DNA from: an uncultured delta proteobacterium
GTDB lineage: Bacteria; Desulfobacterota; Binatia; UBA9968
Direction of reading: 5' to 3'
Length of the DNA stretch: 64,000 nucleotides
Assembly (NCBI GenBank): GCA_963745035.1
Contig: CAVUVW010000027.1
Span: 64,001-128,000, forward strand
The position numbers and the translations under genes are program-made. Position 1 is the stretch's first letter. The number at the start of each line of letters is the position of its first letter. Below are positions 44,592-54,309 of the stretch, piece after piece. Under the pieces are notes generated by a model. The model was not told the DNA's origin, searched no databases, and was given only the letters and a program-made list of their open reading frames with translations.

Positions 44592-46663
44592 CATGTCTCC
44601 TTCTCCTTTATGATGATATTCCGATATTCATCCACCGTCGCTTCCTGCTCCGGATGAATCACCGTGGTGGTGTCGAGTTGTTCGACGATGGCCGGGCCGG
44701 AAATTCGGTGTCCAGGTTCGAGGCTTTCGCGATTGTAAATCTGCGTTGTTAGCGTGCCGTGCTCGGTGCCGAAGAAAACTTTGCGCTCGCCGGTTTTTGC
44801 TTCTTCGATTTTGCGGCCCGTGACTTTTCCTGGCGAAAGTTTGGCCTGCGGCACTAGGCCGAGCGAGATCAACCTAAGACTCACCAGCTCGACCGGCTCG
44901 GTTTCCGCTTTGTGGCCGGAATTCTGCTCGTGCAGAGTATCGAAGCGCCGGCGCATCTCGGCGAGATCTTCCTTTTTGAGCGGCGGCATGATGCAGGGAA
45001 CCGTCAGCTCGTAGCCTTGGCCCGCGTAGCGCAGATCGAGGTAAGGCTCGATTTTGATTTCTTCCTCTGCGAATCCTTCGCCGCGCAAATCTTTTTTGGC
45101 TTGCTCGATCAACTGGTTGAATAGCTGGTTGATCTCGGCGAGATCGAGGTCCTCCAGGCCGACGAGCTTGGAACGCACGTAGTCGTGCTTCACGTCGGAC
45201 ATAAGTAAACCCAAGGCAGAATGAACCCCTGGGGTCAGCGGCACGAGTAGTGTGGGAATGCCCAGATCCAATGCCATGCGCCCGGCGTGCATGGGGCCGC
45301 CGCCGCCAAACGCAACTAGGGTGAAATCGCGGATGTCATAGCCGCGCGCGGAGGAAACGGCCTTGATCGCTTCTTCCATCTTCACGTTGATGATCTTGAG
45401 CACGCCGTCGGCCGCTTCGAGTAAGCCGAGCTTCAACGGCTTGGCGATCTTTTCCTCGAGTATCTTTTCCGTCTTGGCTTTGTTGAGCTTCATGCGGCCG
45501 CCGAGAAAATGATCGGGGTCCAGCACTCCGGTGACGATATTGGCGTCCGTGATCGTGATATTTTCGCCGCCGCGGTCGTAACTCACCGGACCGGGATCGG
45601 CGCCGGCGCTGTCGGGTCCGACCTGCAAGCCGCCGACGGCGTCGATGCGTGCGATGGTGCCGCCGCCGGCGCTGACGGTGTGGATGTCGAGCATCGGCAA
45701 GGCGATTGGCCGCATGTTGATTTTTCCTTGGGTCGTGATCACGGGATTGCCTTGATGGATGAGCGCCACGTCGCAGCTCGTGCCGCCCATATCGAAGGTG
45801 ATGATGTTGTTGATGCCGACCCGCTCGCAGGTGCCCATGGACGCGATGACGCCTCCGGCTGGCCCGGAAAGCACGGTCGCGACAGGTTTCTCGGCGGAAC
45901 CTTTGAAGGTCGATACGCCGCCGTTGGATTGCATGATATAGAGCTTCGGCGTCGTCACGCCCATCTCGCGCATCCGACTTTCCAGCCGGCTCAAGTAGCT
46001 CGCCATCACAGGTTGGATGTAGGCATTGATCACCGTGGTGCTGAGCCGGTAGAACTCGCGGATCTGCGGCAGCACTTCGTAGGAAAGCGAAAGCCGCGCT
46101 TCGGGGAATTCTTCGGCAAAGAGATCCTTGATCTTGAGCTCGTGATCGGGATTCAAAAACGAGAACAGGAAACAGACGGCGACTGAATTCACGCCTTTTT
46201 TCTTGAGCCGTTTGATGGCTTCGCGCGACGCTTCGACGTCGATCGTTTTAAGGGCGTTGCCGCGAAAATCGACGCGCTCGGGAATTTCCTCGGTATAGTA
46301 AGGCGGCGCGAGCAAGCGCGGCTTTTCAAAAAAAAGATCGTAGGTCGCCGGGCCGTAGCCCCGGGTTTGCTCCATGACTTCGTAGATGCCGCGAAAGCCC
46401 TGGGTGACCAGGAGGCCCGTCTTGGAGCCTTTCTCTTCGAGCAGCGTGTTGGTGCCGACCGTCGTGCCGTGGCAAAAAAAAGAAACATCCTTGGCGGGCA
46501 CACCCTGATCGACCAGCTCTTTGACCCCATTGAGTACGGCCTGGAAAGGTTCCTTCGGCGTCGAGGGAACTTTGGTGATCGTGATCTCTCCGGAATCTTC
46601 GTTGAAGAAGACAAAGTCGGAGAACGTCCCGCCGGTGTCGACCGTAACTCGGTACTTGGACAT
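44591..46663 (-). CDS. Hydantoinase A/oxoprolinase ATP-binding subunit
   Basis: DTGGTFSD, HGTT, SGPAGG, DMGGTS and AFGGGGPMH motifs. Confidence 0.93.
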   Translation of the reverse strand: MSKYRVTVDTGGTFSDFVFFNEDSGEITITKVPSTPKEPFQAVLNGVKELVDQGVPAKDVSFFCHGTTVGTNTLLEEKGSKTGLLVTQGFRGIYEVMEQTRGYGPATYDLFFEKPRLLAPPYYTEEIPERVDFRGNALKTIDVEASREAIKRLKKKGVNSVAVCFLFSFLNPDHELKIKDLFAEEFPEARLSLSYEVLPQIREFYRLSTTVINAYIQPVMASYLSRLESRMREMGVTTPKLYIMQSNGGVSTFKGSAEKPVATVLSGPAGGVIASMGTCERVGINNIITFDMGGTSCDVALIHQGNPVITTQGKINMRPIALPMLDIHTVSAGGGTIARIDAVGGLQVGPDSAGADPGPVSYDRGGENITITDANIVTGVLDPDHFLGGRMKLNKAKTEKILEEKIAKPLKLGLLEAADGVLKIINVKMEEAIKAVSSARGYDIRDFTLVAFGGGGPMHAGRMALDLGIPTLLVPLTPGVHSALGLLMSDVKHDYVRSKLVGLEDLDLAEINQLFNQLIEQAKKDLRGEGFAEEEIKIEPYLDLRYAGQGYELTVPCIMPPLKKEDLAEMRRRFDTLHEQNSGHKAETEPVELVSLRLISLGLVPQAKLSPGKVTGRKIEEAKTGERKVFFGTEHGTLTTQIYNRESLEPGHRISGPAIVEQLDTTTVIHPEQEATVDEYRNIIIKEKET

Positions 46664-46823
46664 GGTTTTTTCGTCTATCACTAAACTTGCGGAGCTTCAA
46701 TTCAGAGCGCGTTGCAGCGCAGCCCTCGCTGCAACCAAATAGGAACAGTTCACCACGGAGGCTCCGTGGGCTTATGCTCGCCCACAGGTGTTGAACACAC
46801 GATCACGCTGCAAGCCCACACAT

Positions 46824-46924
46824 GTCATGCTGAGTGCCAGTGAAGCATCTGCTTTTCGAACGGAGAAAAAGCAGATTCTTCGGCGGAGTTTAGCCTGAGA
46901 CTGACGAAGGGCCTCAGAATGACA
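46824..46924 (+). repeat. GTCAT...ATGAC-bounded REP-like element
   Basis: Shares GGAGTTTA.CCTGAG...CGAAGGGC..(C/G)AATGACA-like block with 61210-61260; related start at 18797. Confidence 0.6.
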
Positions 46925-47270
46925 GGGAGGGATCAATGCAGCGATACAGCCAATTTTTCGGAGGCGGGCGCGAAGCACACGAAGGCTTTCGTAGGGTGCG
47001 CTTGCGCACCGGCATAGTCAGCGTCTTTCTGGCGCAGACAAATTCGTGGACGTCTTATCGTCGTTTTTAGCAGTCAGCTCGACCGGGCGATGCGCGTTTA
47101 GTTGTCTCGCTACATCGACTCAACCGTCCGTCATTCCGGCCGGTGAGCCGGAATCCAGGTTTGGGGGTGGGCATTCTTCTTCACGATAATCAGAGGAGGA
47201 CAACGCCAAAAGCCTATTTGGTGCGGCAACGAGCCGAACTAAAAAAGAACTCCGGCCGTGGACAACGATT

Positions 47271-48347
47271 CTAGGCCGCAACCAGATTGCGGTAGTGACC
47301 TGCCTTCGATATCGGCGGCAAGCCGGTAATGATCTTTTTCCAGCTCTCGCCCAGATCCTCCGAGGAGAAAACCTCCCCTGACGTCGTCGCTGCGAAGATC
47401 GCCGTCGATTGTCCCGATTCTTCGAGGCAGAACGCTTCGATGCTCGCTTGCAGGCGATCCGGCAAACCGTTGCGCAGGATCTCCCAGGTGCGGCCGCCGT
47501 CTTGGCTGCGCGAGATGCGCGCGCCGGCGAAATGCGTCGTGCGCCAGGTACCGGGCGCGTCATGCGCGGCGGTCATGAAAATCAACTTGGGATCCGACGG
47601 GCGAAACACGAAGCCATCGGGATAGCCGCCGATTTCATCTTCTCTGCGCGTCCATTGCTCCCAAGTGGCGCCGCCATCGGGACTGACGTAAAGGCCGCGG
47701 CCGGTCACCGCGTAGAGAAAATTCGCATCGCTCGGATGGATCATGATGCGGTGTACGTCTTCGTACAAATCCGGAAACTCCTGCCAGCTTTTGCCGGCGT
47801 CCGTGCTCTTGAGCAGGCCGCCGACTTCGATGGACGCGTAGATCGTCGTAGGAGCGGCAGGATCGAAGTTGATGTGTTTCACGTGGCCGATGTGCGGCGG
47901 CGCGGGAAAATTCCATTTGGGAACGCTCGGCACCGAGCGTAGTGACGGTATTTCTTGCCAGTTGAGGCCGAGATCGTCGCTCGCGAAAAGGTGCGCCGGC
48001 TCGGTGCCGGCGAACACGCGCACCCGCCCGTCCACCCGGCGGGCGGCGAGCGAGTAAACGTTATTTTGCGTCATGCCGTTGCTCCGCTGCTCCCAGCTTT
48101 TGCCGCCGTCGGCGCTCACATGCACCCCGCCGTGAAATGCGCCCGCGAAGATCAGGCCGCTTTCGGGCTCCGCGATGAGCGCGCTGATGTGCTTGTCCGG
48201 TATCGTCCGATGCGCGATCTTCCATTCGGATCCGGAGCCGTCGCGGACAATCGTGATCGCGCCTTCTCGTGTTCCGACCAGGATTTCATTGGAAGGCAAG
48301 TGAGAGGCATAAATGGTCGTGCCGCCGTGGGACAATTCGATCGCCAT
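47271..48347 (-). CDS. BNR/Asp-box beta-propeller protein (no signal peptide)
   Basis: Repeated S.D.G..W Asp-boxes (SADGGKSW, STDAGKSW, SPDGGATW, SQDGGRTW). Confidence 0.85.
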   Translation of the reverse strand: MAIELSHGGTTIYASHLPSNEILVGTREGAITIVRDGSGSEWKIAHRTIPDKHISALIAEPESGLIFAGAFHGGVHVSADGGKSWEQRSNGMTQNNVYSLAARRVDGRVRVFAGTEPAHLFASDDLGLNWQEIPSLRSVPSVPKWNFPAPPHIGHVKHINFDPAAPTTIYASIEVGGLLKSTDAGKSWQEFPDLYEDVHRIMIHPSDANFLYAVTGRGLYVSPDGGATWEQWTRREDEIGGYPDGFVFRPSDPKLIFMTAAHDAPGTWRTTHFAGARISRSQDGGRTWEILRNGLPDRLQASIEAFCLEESGQSTAIFAATTSGEVFSSEDLGESWKKIITGLPPISKAGHYRNLVAA

Positions 48348-48426
48348 GATTTATCCTCCTAGAAACGTTTCTATCACGTTCTTCGTCTGAACGTCGATCT
48401 CGTTTCGCTCGTTCATCCCTTGATGG

Positions 48427-49501
48427 TCAGCGTGCCGCCCGCCCAGTCGGATCCGCCTTGGCGCTGACGCCGATTTCGCGCAGCACGCCGTCGACGAAGC
48501 GGGTATCGGCCCATTCGGCAACTTCGATTTTCGGCACTTTGTCCAAGATGCCGGCCTGGTATAAAAAGTCGGCGCTTTTCTTGTACGCTTCCAGATTCAT
48601 CAAACCATTTACCGCCCAAGCCGTTTTAAAACCGTTCCACAAGATTCGCCACGTCGTTGCGGTCGACGTCGGGACGGCGCTTGGTGATGGCGGCGACCCA
48701 GGCCTCCTGGTTTTCGGCAAAGTGCCGGCTGGCCTTCATGATCGCGGCGGTGAAGCGCCGCAGGTGCTCCGGCTTGTCCTCCATCACTTTGGTGGTGACC
48801 GCATTCACTTTTTCGATCACGGACGCATTGTCGAAAAAGGTGTTGTGATCGACCAACACGCGCACGCCCGCTTCTTTTTGAATCGTAATCCAGGTTCCAA
48901 CGGAAAGCGACGTGGCGTCGACGCGTCCGGCCACCAGCGCTTGGGCACGGGTGGAAGGCACGCCCATGGCGACCATGGTCAGGCTGGCCGGGTTGAGGCC
49001 GAGGGCTTTCAACGCGATCGTCGAGAGCGAGTGGTCGACGCTGCCGAGGCGCGAAACGGCGAAAGTTTTGCCTTGCAGGGCGCTGACCGACTTGAATTCG
49101 TCTTTGGCAGCGATGAGAAAGTAAAGTCTGGCATCGGGCGAATGGATGGCGCGCATGGGCTGATTTTTCATCGCGGTCATCCGAATGACCTCGGACGTTG
49201 AAACATTGGCCACGTCGACATCGCCGGAGATCATCGCCGCGATCGCCAGCGGAGTTCCCTGGAATTCGTTCAGCTCGACGTCGAGTCCTTCGCGCGCGTA
49301 AAATCCCAAATCCTTGGCGAGCCAAAGCACCGAGTTGGGCAGCGGCGGCGCCGGCGCCGAGCCAAGGCCCAAGCGCAGCTTGAGCATCTCGCGCGGCTTT
49401 TCGGCGGCTTGCGGCGTCGATGCGACCAAGCAGGCCGATCCGATCAACAGAGCGAATAGAAGTTTTGTGATTCTCGTTTTACGCGGGCCGTCGTCGCGCA
49501 T
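48427..49501 (-). CDS. NMT1/SsuA-like ABC substrate-binding protein (frameshift near 48640)
   Basis: Signal peptide; WLAKDLGFYAREGLDVEL; C-terminus in the 48427-48720 frame. Confidence 0.8.
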
Positions 49502-49505
49502 GATT

Positions 49506-50294
49506 CTAACGAGTCCCTTCCGAGGTTTTCTTCTTTTCCGCGTCGAGGTCTGCGAGCAACGGATGCGGGTAGAGTTTTTTATTCTGATGGTCCGCGTCGG
49601 CCTTTTGCAAGCGATGGAGCAGATCCTTTTCCATGATGTCGAGGTGCTGGAACATGGCGCCCTCGGCCTCCGCTGCGTCGCGCTCCAAGATCGCCCTGAA
49701 GATCTGCTCGTGCCAGCGTCTGGCCATCGCGTGCCGCTCGGTCCTGGTCATGCGAACCTGCGCGTCGTCAAAGAGCTTCCAATAAAACGGCAGGCGAAAA
49801 AACAGACGACGCCCGGCTTCATAGACTTGAACCAAGGCGGGATTGTGCGCGGCCGTTGCCAACGCGTCATGAAACAAGCGATTGGGATTGCCGCGCTCGG
49901 TGTTTCGCGCCACGTCGGCCTCGATCGCGGAGCGCATGGCGTCGATATCCTCGGCGGTCGCGCGCAGGGCGGCCCAGCCGGCGACTCGGACCTCCATCAG
50001 CTTGCGCACTTCGAAAAGTTGTCTGATCGAAGTTTGCGCCGCGAGCGCCGGAAGATCGCCGGGGATATGCAACGACTCGGCGTCGGTGACGATCGCGCCA
50101 CGGGCTGAGCGCGCCACCAGTCCGCGCACGGCGAGCGATTTTAGCGCCTCACGAATCGTGGTGCGGCCGACGCCGAAGAGTGAACAAAGGGATCTTTCCG
50201 ATGGAAGTCGCTCGCCGGGCTTGAATTTGCCGTGAGAGATTTGCTCCTGCAGATCTTTGGCGATTCTGTCGACGCGGCTGTTAACTTCGATCAT
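49506..50294 (-). CDS. FadR/GntR family transcriptional regulator
   Basis: LPSERSLCSLFGVGRTTIREAL wHTH; FCD domain FEVRKLME...FHDALA...HN. Confidence 0.92.
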   Translation of the reverse strand: MIEVNSRVDRIAKDLQEQISHGKFKPGERLPSERSLCSLFGVGRTTIREALKSLAVRGLVARSARGAIVTDAESLHIPGDLPALAAQTSIRQLFEVRKLMEVRVAGWAALRATAEDIDAMRSAIEADVARNTERGNPNRLFHDALATAAHNPALVQVYEAGRRLFFRLPFYWKLFDDAQVRMTRTERHAMARRWHEQIFRAILERDAAEAEGAMFQHLDIMEKDLLHRLQKADADHQNKKLYPHPLLADLDAEKKKTSEGTR

Positions 50295-50371
50295 TGGTCT
50301 GGCCAATATCTCCTTGACAGCCCAAAATTGGCTGCTGTATATCAAAAAGACGTTTCTTTGGCCAGACCAAA
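50293..50371. promoter_or_regulatory. Two FadR-type operators flanking a sigma-70 -35 element
   Basis: ATTGGTCTGGCCAAT (50293-50307) and its inverse TTTGGCCAGACCAAA (50357-50371); TTGACA at 50314. Confidence 0.7.
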
Positions 50372-50404
50372 CTTTCATAGCCGCTTATTTGGAAAGGAGA
50401 CAGG

Positions 50405-51373
50405 ATGAGCTCCAACGAGAAGATTGTCGTATTCGGACCGGCGCTGCCGCTCAATTTGGCGCCCATGTGGGTGGCTTACGACAAGGGATTTTTCAAAGAG
50501 GAAGGGTTGGACGTCGATCTGCGGCCGGTGCAAGGCATTCCCGATAGCCAGCACCCGCGGCATCAGTGGCGCAAGGACGGCGCGATCATCTTTCAGTCGC
50601 CCGGCGGCTCGCCGCCGTTTCGTTCCGTGTTGGAAAATCGCGATCACATCGATGGGGAAGTCAACGTGGTGTCGATCGCCAACCGGACGGCGCATGTATT
50701 CGTCGCGAAGCCCTATGTCAAGGATGTTGCGGATCTCAAAGGCAAGAAGATCGCCGGCGATCTCAAAGGCGGCTCGAGCATGGACGCCAAGATGGTGATG
50801 CGCCACTTCGGGGTCGATCCGGAAAAAGACGTTACGTGGATCGATAGCCGCGGCAAGCCGCCCAATACGGAACGCTTCCGCTTGGCACTGTTCGAAAAAG
50901 GCGAAGTGGATGCGGTCTGCTGTGATCCGCCGCACTGGAACATCGCGGTGCAGATGGGCGGTCACGCGCTGCAGTCGTGCCGCGATCTGTTTTCGATTCC
51001 CGAGGCTGGCTTTTCGACGTCGCCCGCGGTCATCGCAGAGAAGCCGGTCGTGGTCAAAGGCATGGTGCGGGCGATCCTCCGCGGCACGATGGTCGCCAAG
51101 TACAGCAAGGAAGAAACGCTCGACTCGATTCTGCGCCACAACCATTTCATCAACCGCGAGCTGGCTAGTCTGGCCTACGAGGAGGTGCACAAGGAATGGG
51201 GACCGGTGCTCGATCTCGACGCTTACCAGCGCAAGGTGGATTTCTATACCCAGGAGTGGAACCTGCCGAAAAAGCCGGTGAGCGATTACTACAACTTCAA
51301 ATACCTCAAGGAAGTTCTCGACGAACTGGATATGCTGCGCACGTGGGATCCGCGCATGGATTTTAAGCCATAG
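50405..51373 (+). CDS. NMT1/THI5-like periplasmic-binding-fold protein lacking a signal peptide
   Basis: PMWVAYDKGFFKEEGLDV; starts MSSNEKIVVFGP after AAGGAG. Confidence 0.8.
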   Translation: MSSNEKIVVFGPALPLNLAPMWVAYDKGFFKEEGLDVDLRPVQGIPDSQHPRHQWRKDGAIIFQSPGGSPPFRSVLENRDHIDGEVNVVSIANRTAHVFVAKPYVKDVADLKGKKIAGDLKGGSSMDAKMVMRHFGVDPEKDVTWIDSRGKPPNTERFRLALFEKGEVDAVCCDPPHWNIAVQMGGHALQSCRDLFSIPEAGFSTSPAVIAEKPVVVKGMVRAILRGTMVAKYSKEETLDSILRHNHFINRELASLAYEEVHKEWGPVLDLDAYQRKVDFYTQEWNLPKKPVSDYYNFKYLKEVLDELDMLRTWDPRMDFKP

Positions 51374-52468
51374 ATGGCAAAAGGAAAAAGGCAAAGGGCA
51401 AAAGTGAGGAGAACTTTAGTGCGCGGAAGAAGAATTTTCGCGACGGCTACAGCAATTTCTCTCACGGTCCTTTTCGCGGCCGCCGAGGGAGTGCGCGCGC
51501 AGTCATCGTTCTTCGAAGACAAAACGATTCGGTTGGTGCTGGGGTTTTCTCCCGGTGGCATCAGCGATCTGTGGGCGCGCGCGCTCGGCCGGGCCATGAC
51601 GCCGCACATTCCCGGCAAGCCGAATATCATCCTGCAGAACATGCCCGGCGCCGGTTCGCTGACCGCGGCGAATTACATTTTCAGCGTCGCCAAGCCCGAC
51701 GGCTTGACGATCGGATTTGTCACGCCGGGTCTCTACTTCAATCAGCTTACGGAAATGAAGGAAGTGAAGTTCGACTGGGCGAAATTCAGCTGGATCGGCT
51801 CGCCGGAGCGGACCGTGCGCATCATCTACAGCCGCACGGACACGCCGTTCAAGTCGCTCGAAGATATTCGCAGCACTCCCGAGCAGCCGCGCTGCGGCGC
51901 GACGGCGCTCGGCACAGTAGGACATTATTTTCCACGGCTGATCGAAGAAGTTGCCGGAGTGAAATTCAGCATCGTGACCGGCTATCCGGGAGCGGCGGAA
52001 ATCGATCTCGCCATGGAAAGGGGCGAGGTGCAGTGCCGCGCCGGCAGCCTGGAAGGCTACTTCGGTAGCGAGCCCACGCGCGGTTGGTACAAGAGCGGTT
52101 TCACCCGCGTGCTGGTGCACGGCAGTCCGAAACGCGACTCGCGCCTTCCGGAGGCGCCGACAGTCAATGAAATCTTGGACAAACGGAAAGCGCCGGATGT
52201 GACGCGCCGGCTGGCCGTCGTGCTTATGGCACCGGATTCGATCGGCCGCCCCCTGATCGCGCCGCCGGGTCTGCCTGCGGACCGGCTGGCGATGCTGCGC
52301 GAAGCAATGATAAAGGGACTCAGCGATCCGGAGTTCAGAGCCGAAGCGCAAAAGCGCGGTTGGGACGTGGAACCGGTGACCGGACAGGAACTGGAAGCGA
52401 TCGCCAAGAAAGTCGTAGTACAACCGCCGGACGTCGTCGAACGCATGAAAAAAGTCCTGGCGCAGTAA
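51374..52468 (+). CDS. Bug/TctC tripartite tricarboxylate transporter binding protein (start possibly slightly downstream)
   Basis: GFSPGGISD, QNMPGAGS, AKPDGLT and GYPG.AEIDLAMERGEV motifs. Confidence 0.88.
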   Translation: MAKGKRQRAKVRRTLVRGRRIFATATAISLTVLFAAAEGVRAQSSFFEDKTIRLVLGFSPGGISDLWARALGRAMTPHIPGKPNIILQNMPGAGSLTAANYIFSVAKPDGLTIGFVTPGLYFNQLTEMKEVKFDWAKFSWIGSPERTVRIIYSRTDTPFKSLEDIRSTPEQPRCGATALGTVGHYFPRLIEEVAGVKFSIVTGYPGAAEIDLAMERGEVQCRAGSLEGYFGSEPTRGWYKSGFTRVLVHGSPKRDSRLPEAPTVNEILDKRKAPDVTRRLAVVLMAPDSIGRPLIAPPGLPADRLAMLREAMIKGLSDPEFRAEAQKRGWDVEPVTGQELEAIAKKVVVQPPDVVERMKKVLAQ

Positions 52469-52477
52469 AATTATGCA

Positions 52478-52548
52478 ACCACGAAGGTCACGAAGAGCAC
52501 GAAGGCGACGATAGAAGCTTTCTTCGTGAACTTCGTATCCTTCGTGGT
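52478..52548. repeat. 9-nt periodic inverted repeat (CACGAAG x3 / CTTCGT x3)
   Basis: Read directly between the TctC and Rieske genes. Confidence 0.8.
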
Positions 52549-52570
52549 GAATTGCCTCTGAGGATGAAGC

Positions 52571-53794
52571 ATGTACAAAACCACCAAAGAAGAAAATGAA
52601 ATTCTGACGCGTACGGGGCGCGGCACGCCGATGGGCGAGTTCTTGCGGCGTTATTGGTGGCCCATCGGGATCTCGGCGCATTTGCAGTCGAAACCGACTT
52701 TCATCCGGGTGTTCGGCGAGGATCTCGTGCTTTTCCGCGACGCCACCGGCAAAGTCGGAGTGATCGGCGCGTTCTGCGCGCACCGACGCGCAAACTTGTG
52801 TCTCGGCGATATCGAACGCGACGGCGTGCGCTGCCGCTACCACGGCTGGCTTTATGACACCGGCGGCAAGGTCGTACAGATTCCCGGCGAGCCAGCCGAC
52901 AGCCTGCTGAAGAAAGAAAACATTCGCCTGCCATCCTATCCCGTCGAAGAATTGGGCGGCCTGATCTTCGCCTATTTTGGCCCGCAGCCCGCGCCGCTGG
53001 TGCCGCGCTACAATTTTCTCGTCGGTGCGGGTGAGGTTTATATTACGATCCAAGGATTTCAGAACTGCAATTGGCTTCAGTGCGTCGAGAACGGCATGGA
53101 CCCCGTGCATCCAAGCTTTACACATGGCGGCGCCTGGCCGGACATCATGAGCACCGAGCCGGCGCTTGGTTTCCATGAGACCGAGTGGGGTATGGTTTAC
53201 AAAGCTTATCGAAAGACCAAAGAGCCCGGCATGCTCAACTACCGCGAGCATCATCTGTTGATGCCGGGTATCAGCTGCGGCGGCAGCGGTGGGCGTTATT
53301 TGTCAGGCGAGCAAGCCGGCACTCCCGTTTCCGCCGCGCGTTGGAGCGTGCCTATCGATGACACGCACACTTTGCTCATGCGCGTGCGCTTCAAGCCGTC
53401 GGACAATCCCGGCAAATACGATGGCGATCCATTCAGCCGGCGCTGGAAGCCGCCCGAGAATTTCATCGAGCCGTACAAAGAATATCGCGACTCGGACAAT
53501 CCGGTCTTGGGCTACGAAATTCCGCCGTTGCACTTCATCGAGGACGGCATGGTCGTCGACAGCATGCCGCCGATTGCGGATCGAGAGAACGAACATTTGG
53601 GGCCGGCAATCGACGACGGCATCATCAAGCTGCGCCAGATGTATCTGCGCGAGATCGACAAGGTGAAGCGCGGCGAAGATCCCAGGTGCATCGTGCGCGA
53701 CCCGGAGAAAAACAAGATGATCGTGATCCCTGCCTATGAAAAATGGGTGCCGGAGAGCGAGCGTAATTTAGGCAAGACGGCGGCGGTGGGATAA
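52571..53794 (+). CDS. Rieske non-heme iron oxygenase alpha subunit (phthalate dioxygenase/LigX-like)
   Basis: CAHR...CRYHGW Rieske site; ENGMDPVHPSFTH mononuclear Fe site. Confidence 0.9.
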   Translation: MYKTTKEENEILTRTGRGTPMGEFLRRYWWPIGISAHLQSKPTFIRVFGEDLVLFRDATGKVGVIGAFCAHRRANLCLGDIERDGVRCRYHGWLYDTGGKVVQIPGEPADSLLKKENIRLPSYPVEELGGLIFAYFGPQPAPLVPRYNFLVGAGEVYITIQGFQNCNWLQCVENGMDPVHPSFTHGGAWPDIMSTEPALGFHETEWGMVYKAYRKTKEPGMLNYREHHLLMPGISCGGSGGRYLSGEQAGTPVSAARWSVPIDDTHTLLMRVRFKPSDNPGKYDGDPFSRRWKPPENFIEPYKEYRDSDNPVLGYEIPPLHFIEDGMVVDSMPPIADRENEHLGPAIDDGIIKLRQMYLREIDKVKRGEDPRCIVRDPEKNKMIVIPAYEKWVPESERNLGKTAAVG

Positions 53795-53823
53795 GAAAAT
53801 TGGCGCTTCCTTTCAGTATGACT

Positions 53824-53909
53824 CACGCAGAGACGCTGAGGGCGCGGAGTTAAAGAGTTTTGCATAAGAAAATGCTCTGAACTCTGCGAACTCCGTGTCT
53901 CTGCGGTGA
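53824..53909. repeat. 9-nt periodic inverted repeat (CGCAGAG-type / CTCTGCG-type)
   Basis: CGCAGAGA CGCTGAGGG CGCGGAG, later CTCTGCGAA CTCCGTGT CTCTGCGG. Confidence 0.7.
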
Positions 53910-53988
53910 ATATTCTTTTACAGCAAACCGGAAATGCCAGAATATTTGAACGCAAAGGGTACAAGAAAGTTTTCGATCGGGAGTATTT

Positions 53989-54309
53989 ATGGCGATTCAC
54001 GCGGTGAATGAAAAGGATGTGCCGATGGCCAAGAGCGGCCGCGGTTTTACCAAATGGCTGCACGTCGCCAAGGCTGAGACGGGACCGGAGGTGATGATTC
54101 GTCACTGGGGGTCGGACACCGACATTCCCGTGCATAGCCATCCCTATCACGAAATGTTTTACGTGCTCGAAGGCGAAGTGGAAATCGGCGACGCCGTTTA
54201 CGCCGCGGGCGCATGCATTTTCATCGAGAGCAACACGCCCTACGGTCCGACACGTGCGCCGAAGGGCGCCAAGGTGTTGAGGTATGCCGAAGCCCCATCA
54301 AAGTCATGA
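53989..54309 (+). CDS. Cupin domain protein
   Basis: PVHSHPYHEMFYVLEG motif. Confidence 0.85.
   Translation: MAIHAVNEKDVPMAKSGRGFTKWLHVAKAETGPEVMIRHWGSDTDIPVHSHPYHEMFYVLEGEVEIGDAVYAAGACIFIESNTPYGPTRAPKGAKVLRYAEAPSKS

Noticed and set aside
51503-53254. Long antisense ORFs (583 aa here; also 60732-62198, 3173-4321 and 26255-27286)
   Set aside because: Shadow ORFs opposite well-supported genes, expected in high-GC DNA; no recognisable motifs
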